Shown one piece after another: positions 1 to 8,120 of a stretch of 64,000 nucleotides of DNA (position 1 is its first letter; each line of letters starts with the position of its first letter). A program made the position numbers and the translations under genes. The notes beneath the pieces are model-generated. The model did not search any database and was not told the origin of the DNA. It was given only the letters and a program-made list of their open reading frames with translations. The stretch is from the NCBI GenBank assembly GCA_017443595.1, contig JAFSYU010000033.1, positions 14,549-78,548 on the forward strand, in the 5' to 3' direction. Source of the stretch: Clostridia bacterium (lineage in GTDB: Bacteria; Bacillota; Clostridia; Oscillospirales; CAG-272).

Positions 1-710
1 TCTTTTATCTCGCGCAGGGCCGTCTGGCTTTCGGTCTCGTCTCCCTCGGTATGACCTTTCGGAAAACCCTGATCGCCTGTAAACGAACGTATCAGCGCGT
101 ATTTTATATTGCCGTCTATCACCGTGTAGACAACGGCGCCGCACGATATCTCGCACGGATGTATCATATCTCCGTCCTTTTCGTAACGCAGCTCGTAGAC
201 GTACGACTGGGCGCCGAACTCGTCCGGATGCTCTTCCGCACGCCTGAAGCCCGCTTTTGACAGACAGTGATATGAAACGGAATTATCTTTATGGCATACG
301 GCGAAAACGGGATAAACGCCGAATTCGCAGAGTTTTCTGATCGCAAAGCCGAGCATCATCTGCCCGTATCCTTTGCCGCGCAGGGAAGGACGTACGGAAT
401 AACCTATATGACCTATACTTTTGACAGCTTCGCCTTTTAAATACGGCCTTATCTGGCATTCGCCTATGAACGTATTATTTTTAAAGCACCAGTATGTGTA
501 CGTTACGGGGAAATCCTCCGGCAGACCTTTACCGCTTTTCATGTGTTTATACATTTTGGGCGCGTAAAAACGGAAACGGCTGAGATTTTCCGGCTTTACC
601 GGAGTCCATTCCGTATCCTTATTTTCGATCGCTTCACGGCACGCCGAAAGATATTCTTTATAATACTTTCTTTTCGGTTCCGTGTAAATAAATCCGTTCA
701 GATCTGCCAT
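1..710 (-). CDS. GNAT acetyltransferase (COG3981-like) fused to an Ap4A-hydrolase-type NUDIX domain. Partial: the C-terminus lies outside the window.
   Basis: Open minus-strand frame from ATG at 710 (AAGGA RBS upstream) to the window edge. It is absent from the ORF track because its stop is off-window. My translation MADLNGFIYTEPKRKYY...GHIGYSVRPSLRGKGYGQMML is GNAT-like. It continues without a stop into EISCGAVVYTVIDGNIKYALIRSFTGDQGFPKGHTEGDETESQTALREIK, the start of a NUDIX fold. Confidence 0.7.
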   Translation of the reverse strand, partial: MADLNGFIYTEPKRKYYKEYLSACREAIENKDTEWTPVKPENLSRFRFYAPKMYKHMKSGKGLPEDFPVTYTYWCFKNNTFIGECQIRPYLKGEAVKSIGHIGYSVRPSLRGKGYGQMMLGFAIRKLCEFGVYPVFAVCHKDNSVSYHCLSKAGFRRAEEHPDEFGAQSYVYELRYEKDGDMIHPCEISCGAVVYTVIDGNIKYALIRSFTGDQGFPKGHTEGDETESQTALREIK

Positions 711-722
711 TTGAGTATCCTT

Positions 723-1706
723 TTATCTTCTTCCTGCGCCGCCTCCGCGGGAGAATCCGCCTCCGCCGCTGTGATGAGAACCGCCTGAAAATCCTCCGTG
801 ACTTCCGCCGAAGGAGCCTCCGCTGTGGTGTGAGCCGCCGAAATTGAATCCTCCGCTGTGATGCGTCCCGCCGAAGTTGAAATTACCGCCGTGGTACGTG
901 TTACGCGGCCGGAACGTATGAGGATTTATATTTATCCCGCCTCTGAAGGTGCTGCGCGGAGGCCTTACTCCGCCGCCGGAGCTGAATACGGAAGCGATGA
1001 TTATAAATACCGTTACGGCTATCGTTATAATTATTACGATTATGATCACTGCGACCGCTACAGCCACCACAATGCCCGAAACAGTCTTGATCAGCGTCCA
1101 TAAACTGAATTTGCCGGACTCCGCCGCGGCGGTATCTGCCTCCTCCGGAGTATAGCTGCCCACGGAGTTGATCGAAAGCTGTGCGACGCTGATCGAATAT
1201 ATCTGCTCAAACTCCGCTATAAGCGAATCAAACAGCGTGCGAACTCCGTCAGCGTACTGTTTTTTTGCAAAAAACGGTTCAAGATCCGTATCGAGCATGA
1301 GTTTCAGCGTGCCGGACTGAATAAGATCTTCAAGCCCTTCGCCCTGCAGTACCCAGTAATCGTCCTCGCCGATCGACAGAAGGATAAGTATGCCGTTGTT
1401 GCGCGAGCTTGAGCCTATGCCCCATTTATTGAACATATCGGCCGCGTAATCTTTGATATCCGCCGCGCCCGTTGTATTTATACAGGCGACGACTATCTGC
1501 CCGCCGCATTTTTTGTATAAGTCCGCGTTTTTGCCTATAATATACTCTTCCGTATCGCTGTCAAGTACCTCTGCCGCGTCGTAAACGTAAAATGCGTCAG
1601 TCGGGTCGGGTATATCACTTGTTTTCTTTCTGCCGCAGGAGCAGAGAAGAATAAGCACCGTAAGAGCGGCAAGTATCAGCGCGGCTGCACGTTTTCTGTT
1701 TTTCAT
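723..1706 (-). CDS. TPM-domain (YgcG-like) membrane protein with a lipoprotein-type signal and a Gly/His-rich tail
   Basis: Has an LLCSCG lipobox. The TPM-like core reads YVYDAAEVLDSDTEEYI...NKWGIGSSSRNNGILILLSIGEDDYWVLQGEGLEDL. A TM segment follows, then a GGFNFGGSHHSGG low-complexity tail. There is a 4-nt overlap with the upstream gene. Confidence 0.8.
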   Translation of the reverse strand: MKNRKRAAALILAALTVLILLCSCGRKKTSDIPDPTDAFYVYDAAEVLDSDTEEYIIGKNADLYKKCGGQIVVACINTTGAADIKDYAADMFNKWGIGSSSRNNGILILLSIGEDDYWVLQGEGLEDLIQSGTLKLMLDTDLEPFFAKKQYADGVRTLFDSLIAEFEQIYSISVAQLSINSVGSYTPEEADTAAAESGKFSLWTLIKTVSGIVVAVAVAVIIIVIIITIAVTVFIIIASVFSSGGGVRPPRSTFRGGININPHTFRPRNTYHGGNFNFGGTHHSGGFNFGGSHHSGGSFGGSHGGFSGGSHHSGGGGFSRGGGAGRR

Positions 1707-2236
1707 TTGTCAAACACCGCCGCGTCCGGCTGCTTGCCGGTAAGTAAATTTGCCGGAAAAGAGTTTTTCGCTTTATTGTATTTCTGCGCCGCTTTATTGT
1801 ATTCGCTGTTGTTCTGCAGCCGCGTGAGGATCGAATCCATTTCGTAGTAATAAGATTTTGCGGACCTTGACTGCTGTTCGTCAACGTCTTTTTTTGCCGC
1901 AAGCTCGTTATACGTCACGGAAGCGGATGAAACTATGCCGGATACGGCTTTGCCGCTTTCCGCAAACGGAGAATCCGTATCAAGCGCGGCTATGCTTTGA
2001 TCCAGCGCGTCGGTATTACAGCCGTTCGCCTTTGCGACAGATGAGAGCTGCGATGCGAACGCGGCGTATTTTTTTAAGTCCGACGAGGCGGAATCATCCG
2101 ACGACGAAAAAGCCTTTTCCGCTTTATTCTTATACGAATAAACGGTGCGGTTCACACCGCCGAATATGCCGAGCAGAACCGTCAGTACCAGGACGCCGAT
2201 GGCGGCGGCCCTGTTGTACTTGAAAAATTTCTTCAT
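1703..2236 (-). CDS. LemA-like membrane protein (divergent)
   Basis: N-terminal TM segment. The C-terminal EYNKAAQKYNKAKNSFPANLL resembles the LemA YNxxxxxYNxxxxxFP motif. It sits directly upstream of a TPM gene, the usual LemA-TPM pairing. Confidence 0.5.
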   Translation of the reverse strand: MKKFFKYNRAAAIGVLVLTVLLGIFGGVNRTVYSYKNKAEKAFSSSDDSASSDLKKYAAFASQLSSVAKANGCNTDALDQSIAALDTDSPFAESGKAVSGIVSSASVTYNELAAKKDVDEQQSRSAKSYYYEMDSILTRLQNNSEYNKAAQKYNKAKNSFPANLLTGKQPDAAVFDK

Positions 2237-3376
2237 TTATTTCCTTATCTCTAAAAGCTTGTTTTTGACCTCTGTTTCAATACGCGCAAGCTCCGCTTCC
2301 GCGGCGATACGCTTGTCGTGACCTTCTTCGCGTATCTTCTGCACTTCGTCCAGAGTCGAAATAAGCTCCTGGTTAGTATGTGTTAATGTTTCTATGTCTA
2401 TTATACCGCGTTCCGCCTCTTTTGCGATGCCGACCGTGCTCTGATGCAGTTTTTCCGCGTTCTTTTTAAGCAGCTCGTTCGTCATCTCGTTTACGGCGTG
2501 TTCAGCCTGCAAAGCCTGCTCGGAATGTGCAAGACCGAGCGCAATAAGCATCTGGCTCTTCCACAGCGGTATGGTGTTCACTATGGTGGACTGTATCTTT
2601 TCGCTCATAACGCTGTCGTTGTTCTGAACGAGGCGTATCTGCGGAGCCATCTGTATGCAGACCATACGCGTAAGCTCAAGATCGTATATCTTCTTTTCAA
2701 ATCTGTCGCACATGGCGGCGTAATCGTTGGCTTTCTGCGCGTCATCGGCAAGACCGGATTCCTCGGCTTTTTTCTGAAGCTCGACAAGCGTGGTCTCACG
2801 CTCCGTCTTCAGCTTCTGCTTGCCGGCTAAGATATACATTGAAAGCTCTTTGAAATTGACGAGGTTCTTGTCGTATAACTGGTCAAGTATGTTTATATCT
2901 TTCAGAAGCGTTACCTGATGTCCGTCAAGCACCGTGACTATGTCGTTTACGCTGACCTCGCATTTATCGTATTTTGCTTTGAGCGTTATGGCTTTTTTCT
3001 TTATGCTCTTGAAAAGGGAAAATTTGCTTGCGCCGTCTATTTCCTTGTTGAACGTCTTTAACTCGCCCACGAGCTTTGCTATCATCTCGCCGGCTTCGCC
3101 AAGCTGTTCCGTGCGTACGTTTTTGAGCGCGGAATCGGAAAAATCCGCCACTTTCTGCTGTGATCCGGCGCCGTACTGCAGTATGGACGCCGTGTCCGAT
3201 ATGTCTATTTGCTGTGCAAATTCAGCTATCTGCGCTTTTTCTTCTTCGGTAAGGTTCGCGGAGGTAAGCTCCGAAAGCTCCGCGAGCTTCTGTTCCTCCG
3301 GAATGTCCTGCTGTGCTATTTTTTCCGCTTCCTTTACTCCAAACGGATCGAGCGTTAATTTGATCTCTTCTGACAT
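2237..3376 (-). CDS. telA: TelA / toxic anion resistance family protein (YaaN-like)
   Basis: 379 aa, coiled-coil rich. The N-terminal LTLDPFG...AQQIDISDTASILQYGAGSQQKVADFSD is typical of the TelA family. It is adjacent to an xpaC-like gene, as in the Bacillus subtilis xpaC-yaaN pair. Confidence 0.8.
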   Translation of the reverse strand: MSEEIKLTLDPFGVKEAEKIAQQDIPEEQKLAELSELTSANLTEEEKAQIAEFAQQIDISDTASILQYGAGSQQKVADFSDSALKNVRTEQLGEAGEMIAKLVGELKTFNKEIDGASKFSLFKSIKKKAITLKAKYDKCEVSVNDIVTVLDGHQVTLLKDINILDQLYDKNLVNFKELSMYILAGKQKLKTERETTLVELQKKAEESGLADDAQKANDYAAMCDRFEKKIYDLELTRMVCIQMAPQIRLVQNNDSVMSEKIQSTIVNTIPLWKSQMLIALGLAHSEQALQAEHAVNEMTNELLKKNAEKLHQSTVGIAKEAERGIIDIETLTHTNQELISTLDEVQKIREEGHDKRIAAEAELARIETEVKNKLLEIRK

Positions 3377-3399
3377 TGTTTTATATTCCTTTCAAATTA

Positions 3400-4056
3400 T
3401 TATTTCAGGTTATCTCTTTGCAGCATCGTTTCAAGAACTTTGATCTCGGCGGACGCGTCCATCGCGTCGTCTGCAAACAGCGCGTCGTGCTGTTTTTCAA
3501 AGGACTGTTTTATCTGATCAAACACGGCTTCAATGGAAGAAAGCGTCCTCTGCGCGTTTTCACCCTCGCTTTTAGCCTCCAGAGCCTTCTGATATTTTTC
3601 GGCGAGGTTTACCGTCGTCGGCAGATAATAATTGATAAATCTGCGTACGCTCGTTATATCGTCCGGTGAATTTATCAGCGCCTGCCTTATTTTTTCGATC
3701 TGTTCGCAAATGCCGTATATCTTATCCGCCGCGGACGGAGAATCGGCTGATATGCTTTTTCTCACGTTTTCAAGCGCGTCGTTTGCCCGGTCTATCTCCT
3801 GTACTATGCCGTCAAGCGCAAAATTGCCGGAGGCGAAGGGCACTTCGACCTGCCGCGTTTCTTTCGGCAAAACGAGCTTAACCGTTATCCCGACAGCCGC
3901 CGATATCAGCGCTATGATTATTATGTGCCAAACGCTGTAAAACGGTATGAATACAGCCGCAAAAAGCCACACGGTAGCCGCGCACCATATCGGTATCGCG
4001 GACTTTACCGGTACTTCTTTATATCTGCGCCCGATTGGCGCTTTATTATCGTTCAT
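3400..4056 (-). CDS. xpaC: XpaC-like (5-bromo-4-chloroindolyl phosphate hydrolysis family) membrane protein
   Basis: 218 aa with two N-terminal TM helices followed by a helical soluble part. The size, topology and position upstream of telA match XpaC. Confidence 0.6.
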   Translation of the reverse strand: MNDNKAPIGRRYKEVPVKSAIPIWCAATVWLFAAVFIPFYSVWHIIIIALISAAVGITVKLVLPKETRQVEVPFASGNFALDGIVQEIDRANDALENVRKSISADSPSAADKIYGICEQIEKIRQALINSPDDITSVRRFINYYLPTTVNLAEKYQKALEAKSEGENAQRTLSSIEAVFDQIKQSFEKQHDALFADDAMDASAEIKVLETMLQRDNLK

Positions 4057-4068
4057 TATATGCTCCGT

Positions 4069-4473
4069 TTAAATCTTTTTGTAAAAAATAATCTCAAGCG
4101 GTTCGTCAGGCAAGAGCAGCGACCCTCTGTCAATATATCCGAGCTTTCTGTAAAAGAACTGACCCTCCTCGTCTGACTGTGTGGACGTCAATACAAATCC
4201 ATACCCTTTATCCGACATTTCTTTCTCCCAGAATGATACTAATTGCCTGCCGTAACCTTTGCCTCTTTCGCCGTCAAGGATGTAAAGCAAATTCATAAAC
4301 GGTATGTTGTCCCAGAAAAGATTGTACCTTAACCATCCGACAAAACGGCCGTCTTCGAATAATACGATCACTTTTTGCGATGTGATTGATTTTTCCAACT
4401 CTTCCGGTGAAATATCGTCGTCATACTCCGATAACAGCTCAATATCTTCGCTGCCTGCATATCTAATAACCAT
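4069..4473 (-). CDS. GNAT family N-acetyltransferase
   Basis: 134 aa with the acetyl-CoA binding motif ERGKGYGRQLVSFWEKE. A 12-nt gap separates it from xpaC. Confidence 0.8.
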   Translation of the reverse strand: MVIRYAGSEDIELLSEYDDDISPEELEKSITSQKVIVLFEDGRFVGWLRYNLFWDNIPFMNLLYILDGERGKGYGRQLVSFWEKEMSDKGYGFVLTSTQSDEEGQFFYRKLGYIDRGSLLLPDEPLEIIFYKKI

Positions 4474-4509
4474 ATATCCGGTATCCTTTTTTCGTCATTT
4501 TTCACATAT

Positions 4510-4538
4510 ATATTACCACAAATTTTATTCAAAGTCAA
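4510..4538 (-). promoter_or_regulatory. Sigma-A type promoter for the GNAT-xpaC-telA operon
   Basis: On the minus strand: TTGACT, a 17-nt spacer, then TAATAT preceded by TGg (extended -10). It lies about 40 nt upstream of the ATG at 4473. Confidence 0.5.
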
Positions 4539-4547
4539 TGCCAATAC

Positions 4548-4576
4548 TTGACATTTTATTAAATATATTATATAAT
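4548..4576 (+). promoter_or_regulatory. Sigma-A consensus promoter for the GNAT-NUDIX gene
   Basis: TTGACA (4548-4553), a 17-nt spacer, TATAAT (4571-4576). It lies 30 nt upstream of the ATG at 4607. Confidence 0.6.
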
Positions 4577-4606
4577 TCATTTATCCACAGAAAGTTGGTT
4601 TAAGAT

Positions 4607-5632
4607 ATGGTAATAAGAAAAGCGGTTTATAAAGAAATAGAAACCATAAAACAAATATATGAAGACGCTCGCGCTTTTATGCGGCAGAGCGGGAATATGA
4701 AGCAGTGGACGGGTGGTTATCCCGCGGAAGCGGATATAAGATCCGATATAGACAACGGTATCCTGTACGTCGCGGCGGACGGCGGAGAGATCGCCTGCGT
4801 TTTCTGCTGCATGGATACGCCGGAGCCGACGTATGAGAAAATATACGAAGGCAAATGGAAGGACGACGGACCGTACAGAGCGGTGCACAGGATAGCCGTG
4901 TCAAAAGACTGTCACGGCAAAGGCGTTGCCGGTCTGTGCTTTGACTTTGCGCTGTCCTTCTGCGGAAGCGTGCGGATAGATACGCATAGAGACAATATCC
5001 CTATGCAGAAAACGCTTTTAAAAAACGGCTTTGAATACTGCGGTATAATTTATCTGCAAAACGGCGAGGAGCGCCTCGCGTATCAGAAGACTGTCAAAAC
5101 GGAAACGAACGAGCTGTTTGATATCCTTGATATGAACGGTCTGCCCACGGGCAAAACAAAACCGCGCGGCATACCGTTTGAAGAGGGTGAATACCGCCGC
5201 GTTGTGCATATCGTCATTTTGTCGGGCGACGGCAAAATGCTGATACAGCAAAGGCAGTTTTTCAAAAGCGGTTATCCCGGTCAGTGGGATCTGACGGTAG
5301 GCGGCAGCGCTGTGGCGGGTGAGAACGGCAGGGAAGCGGCGCAGCGCGAATTAGAGGAAGAAATAGGTTTAAAAGTTGATTTTTCAAATATAAGACCTAT
5401 AGTGACCCTCGCGTTCGACCGCGGATTTGACGACTTTTTCGTGTTTGTAAAAGACGTTGATATAAACACGCTCAGACTTCAGCCGGAAGAGGTAAGAGAC
5501 GTAAAATGGGCAGACTGTGATACCGTGCTTGATATGATAAGAAGCGGCGAATTCATACCTTACAAAGAGGATTTCATAAAGATCTTGTTCGGCCTTACAA
5601 AACCGACGTTTTTGCAGACAGAGGTACAGTAA
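4607..5632 (+). CDS. GNAT acetyltransferase fused to a NUDIX hydrolase
   Basis: One 341-aa ORF. The N-terminal ~165 aa are GNAT (HRIAVSKDCHGKGVAGLCFDFAL). The C-terminal part has the Nudix box GGSAVAGENGREAAQRELEEEIGL and the QQRQ...KSGYPGQWDL signature of IDI/YfcD-like Nudix proteins. Confidence 0.85.
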   Translation: MVIRKAVYKEIETIKQIYEDARAFMRQSGNMKQWTGGYPAEADIRSDIDNGILYVAADGGEIACVFCCMDTPEPTYEKIYEGKWKDDGPYRAVHRIAVSKDCHGKGVAGLCFDFALSFCGSVRIDTHRDNIPMQKTLLKNGFEYCGIIYLQNGEERLAYQKTVKTETNELFDILDMNGLPTGKTKPRGIPFEEGEYRRVVHIVILSGDGKMLIQQRQFFKSGYPGQWDLTVGGSAVAGENGREAAQRELEEEIGLKVDFSNIRPIVTLAFDRGFDDFFVFVKDVDINTLRLQPEEVRDVKWADCDTVLDMIRSGEFIPYKEDFIKILFGLTKPTFLQTEVQ

Positions 5633-5700
5633 CACAATACAGTAAAGCTCCGTATAATAGAGGTGAAGGATGATAAAAAACTTTTTATACGGAGGATGAT

Positions 5701-6504
5701 ATGACAGATAACAGAGGTTGTCAGGATCGCGCAAGCGCGTATATTGACACAAACAGGATATTTGACAGCTGCCGCGACAAGGACTGCTTTGAGGATACGG
5801 CGGTATTTCTGACCGATTACGGCAGAGATATAGTTGAACATTCAACAAACGTGCGCTGCTGCTCGGCTGAGATCGCCGCCGCGGATATAAGCGTTGACCC
5901 GGTCCCTTTCAATAACGGATTTTACCGCATTGACGCGCGCATATATATAAGAATGACGTTTGAATGCTGCGTCAATATGACGAACAGGCAGATAATAGAG
6001 GGACTTTGCGTTTGCGACAAGCGCACGGTGCTTTACGGCGGAGAGGGCGGCGCGTCCGTCTTCAGATCAGACCCCAATACGGACGGTTTCTGCTCCGGCG
6101 CGCCCGATATACCGGAATCAAATAAATGCGGCTGCGGAGTCTCGTCTTTGCCGACCGCCGTGCTTGAGGTGGCGGATCCGGTAGTGCTCGGCGCAAAGAT
6201 AATAGAACGCAGAGTACCGCATCACTGCCCGTGCGGCTCTGAGCGCGACATCCCGGCGGGCGTAGCGTCGCGCATCGGCAATTTAGCTCCGCAGGGAGAA
6301 CGCAGGCTCGTGGTTTCCGTCGGACTTTTCTCGGTAATGAGACTTGAAAGACCCGCACAGTACCTGCTTGACGCGAGGATATATTCGGTCCCCGAAAAAG
6401 AATGTCAGTTTACCGAATCGGACGACGCCTGCTCCGTATTCCGCAATATGGAATTTCCCGTATCCGAGTTTTCAAACGAGCGGTGCGGCAAATGTGACGG
6501 CTGA
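5701..6504 (+). CDS. Cysteine-rich hypothetical protein
   Basis: 267 aa with 18 Cys, including CC, CxC and CxxC pairs. The N-terminus reads IDTNRIFDSCRDKDCFED. No signal peptide or TM segment. I do not recognise the family. Confidence 0.5.
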   Translation: MTDNRGCQDRASAYIDTNRIFDSCRDKDCFEDTAVFLTDYGRDIVEHSTNVRCCSAEIAAADISVDPVPFNNGFYRIDARIYIRMTFECCVNMTNRQIIEGLCVCDKRTVLYGGEGGASVFRSDPNTDGFCSGAPDIPESNKCGCGVSSLPTAVLEVADPVVLGAKIIERRVPHHCPCGSERDIPAGVASRIGNLAPQGERRLVVSVGLFSVMRLERPAQYLLDARIYSVPEKECQFTESDDACSVFRNMEFPVSEFSNERCGKCDG

Positions 6505-6515
6505 AAAAAAGGACT

Positions 6516-6540
6516 GCCGCAAAACAAATGATTTTGCGGC
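6516..6540. terminator. Hairpin between convergent genes
   Basis: GCCGCAAAA-caaatga-TTTTGCGGC. An A-run upstream gives a T-run for the minus-strand gene. Confidence 0.55.
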
Positions 6541-6580
6541 GGCCCTGTTATTTTATGTAAATGTGACCGTAAAAATGTCG

Positions 6581-6913
6581 TTAAAACAACTCACAAAGCA
6601 GGCTGTCAAGAACTTCAAAAAGACAGCACGGCGTCACGGTGTTTCTGCAAAGTATATCGTAGATACGCTCCGCTGCGCGCGCGTTTGACGCGACGTCAAA
6701 GACAAATTCGCTGTCCGTTACCGTGTCTTTTTCAAACTCTATGCAAAGAATGCTGAAAACGTCTTTATCGCTTTCTATGGCTTTGCCTTTCAAAAGGTAA
6801 TATTGGACTGTTACGGTGCCGTAAATACGGACGGTCCGTTCTCTTATGTTTTTGTATTTGCCGTACAGAGTGTCGGCTCTGATCAGATCGCTGTTCGGCA
6901 ATAACGCGTCCAT
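6581..6913 (-). CDS. Hypothetical protein (110 aa)
   Basis: Complete ORF with a consensus promoter directly upstream. No recognisable motif. Confidence 0.45.
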   Translation of the reverse strand: MDALLPNSDLIRADTLYGKYKNIRERTVRIYGTVTVQYYLLKGKAIESDKDVFSILCIEFEKDTVTDSEFVFDVASNARAAERIYDILCRNTVTPCCLFEVLDSLLCELF

Positions 6914-6948
6914 AGTCAGTTTCTCCCGATGAATGATTTTCGGGAATC

Positions 6949-6977
6949 ATAATAAAGCAAAAAGCCGGATTTGTCAA
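6949..6977 (-). promoter_or_regulatory. Sigma-A consensus promoter
   Basis: On the minus strand: TTGACA, a 17-nt spacer, TATTAT. It lies about 35 nt upstream of the ATG at 6913. Confidence 0.55.
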
Positions 6978-7031
6978 TACGAAACGACTATAATTTACAA
7001 AGAATCGTTCGACAGAAAATTCACGGTTCGT

Positions 7032-7889
7032 TTACAACTTGGCGTACAGAGCGTCGCTCAGACGGCGGAAATCAGCCGTGGAAAGCGTCTCTCCGCGGAC
7101 AAGCGGATCAAGCCCGCAAATTTTTATCGCTTCCTCAACATCCTCTTTTTTTAAGCGTTTGTCGGCAGATAAGGCGTTTGAAAGAGTCTTTCTTCTTTGC
7201 AGAAAAGCATACTTTATAACCTCAAACATAAGCGCCTTGTCTATTGGTTCATATTCTGTTAATTTTCTCAATTTGAACCTTACAACGGCGGAATCGACCT
7301 TGGGCGCGGGATAAAAGCAGCCGGCCGGAACTGTGAACAACCTTTGAACGTCAGCGTAATAGTTGACGGCGGGAGTTATGGCTCCGTAGTCCGCGCTGCC
7401 GGGTTTTGCTGTCAGCCTGTCCGCCACCTCTTTTTGCACCATAACGGTAACGTTGTCAAAAGGAACTTCCGATTCAAGCAAAAACATAATTATGGGAGAG
7501 GTGATGTAATACGGCAGATTTGCGCATACCGTAACGCGCATTCCGTCAAAGTGTTCTTTGAGCAGACTGTCAAGATCGGTTTTCAGAATATCGTTTGAGA
7601 TGAGCGTGAAATTGTCGTGATCAGCCATAGTTTTGCCTAAGATCGCCGCCATTTTATTGTCGATCTCAACGGATACGACTTTTTTGTATCTTTCGCACAG
7701 CTTCTGCGTAAGGACCCCTATGCCCGGACCTATTTCAAGTATGCCGTCGTTTTCGTTTGCGCCGCAGCCTTCGGCTATGTTTGTTACGACTTTTTCGGAT
7801 ATCAAAAAATTCTGCCCGTACCTTTTGTCCGGCGCCGCTTCAAACTCGTTTAACAGATTTCTGACGGTATTCAGCTCAGTAAGTTTCAA
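7032..7889 (-). CDS. rsmA: 16S rRNA (adenine1518/1519-N6)-dimethyltransferase RsmA/KsgA
   Basis: 285 aa. Contains KRYGQNFL, the SAM motif ILEIGPGIGVLT and NLPYYITSPI. Confidence 0.95.
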   Translation of the reverse strand: MKLTELNTVRNLLNEFEAAPDKRYGQNFLISEKVVTNIAEGCGANENDGILEIGPGIGVLTQKLCERYKKVVSVEIDNKMAAILGKTMADHDNFTLISNDILKTDLDSLLKEHFDGMRVTVCANLPYYITSPIIMFLLESEVPFDNVTVMVQKEVADRLTAKPGSADYGAITPAVNYYADVQRLFTVPAGCFYPAPKVDSAVVRFKLRKLTEYEPIDKALMFEVIKYAFLQRRKTLSNALSADKRLKKEDVEEAIKICGLDPLVRGETLSTADFRRLSDALYAKL

Positions 7890-7927
7890 AAAATCTCACC
7901 TCACAAATAAAAAAAGAGAAAAATATC

Positions 7928-7956
7928 TTGACAATTCATAAAAAAAGTGGTATAAT
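7928..7956 (+). promoter_or_regulatory. Sigma-A consensus promoter with extended -10, driving tRNA-Thr
   Basis: TTGACA (7928-7933), a 17-nt spacer, TGgTATAAT (TATAAT at 7951-7956). Confidence 0.65.
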
Positions 7957-8006
7957 CATTCACGCTTGATGCAATTGTATCACAAAACAGAAAAAAAGTC
8001 AAGTAC

Positions 8007-8082
8007 GCTAATGTGGCTCAGCTGGCAGAGCAGTTGATTCGTAATCAACAGGTCATGGGTTCGAATCCCATCATTAGCTCCA
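8007..8082 (+). tRNA. tRNA-Thr (anticodon CGU), CCA encoded
   Basis: Hand-folded cloverleaf. Acceptor GCTAATG/CATTAGC, D stem GCTC/GAGC, anticodon stem GTTGA/TCAAC with loop TTCGTAA, T arm ATGGG-TTCGAAT-CCCAT, discriminator T, then CCA. Confidence 0.9.
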
Positions 8083-8120
8083 TAGCAAAAGGGCAGGTAA
8101 CACCTGCCCTTTTGCTATGG
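8080..8120 (+). terminator. Perfect 18-bp hairpin that starts at the tRNA CCA end
   Basis: CCATAGCAAAAGGGCAGG-taaca-CCTGCCCTTTTGCTATGG. No free T-run follows the stem, so termination efficiency is uncertain. Confidence 0.5.
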
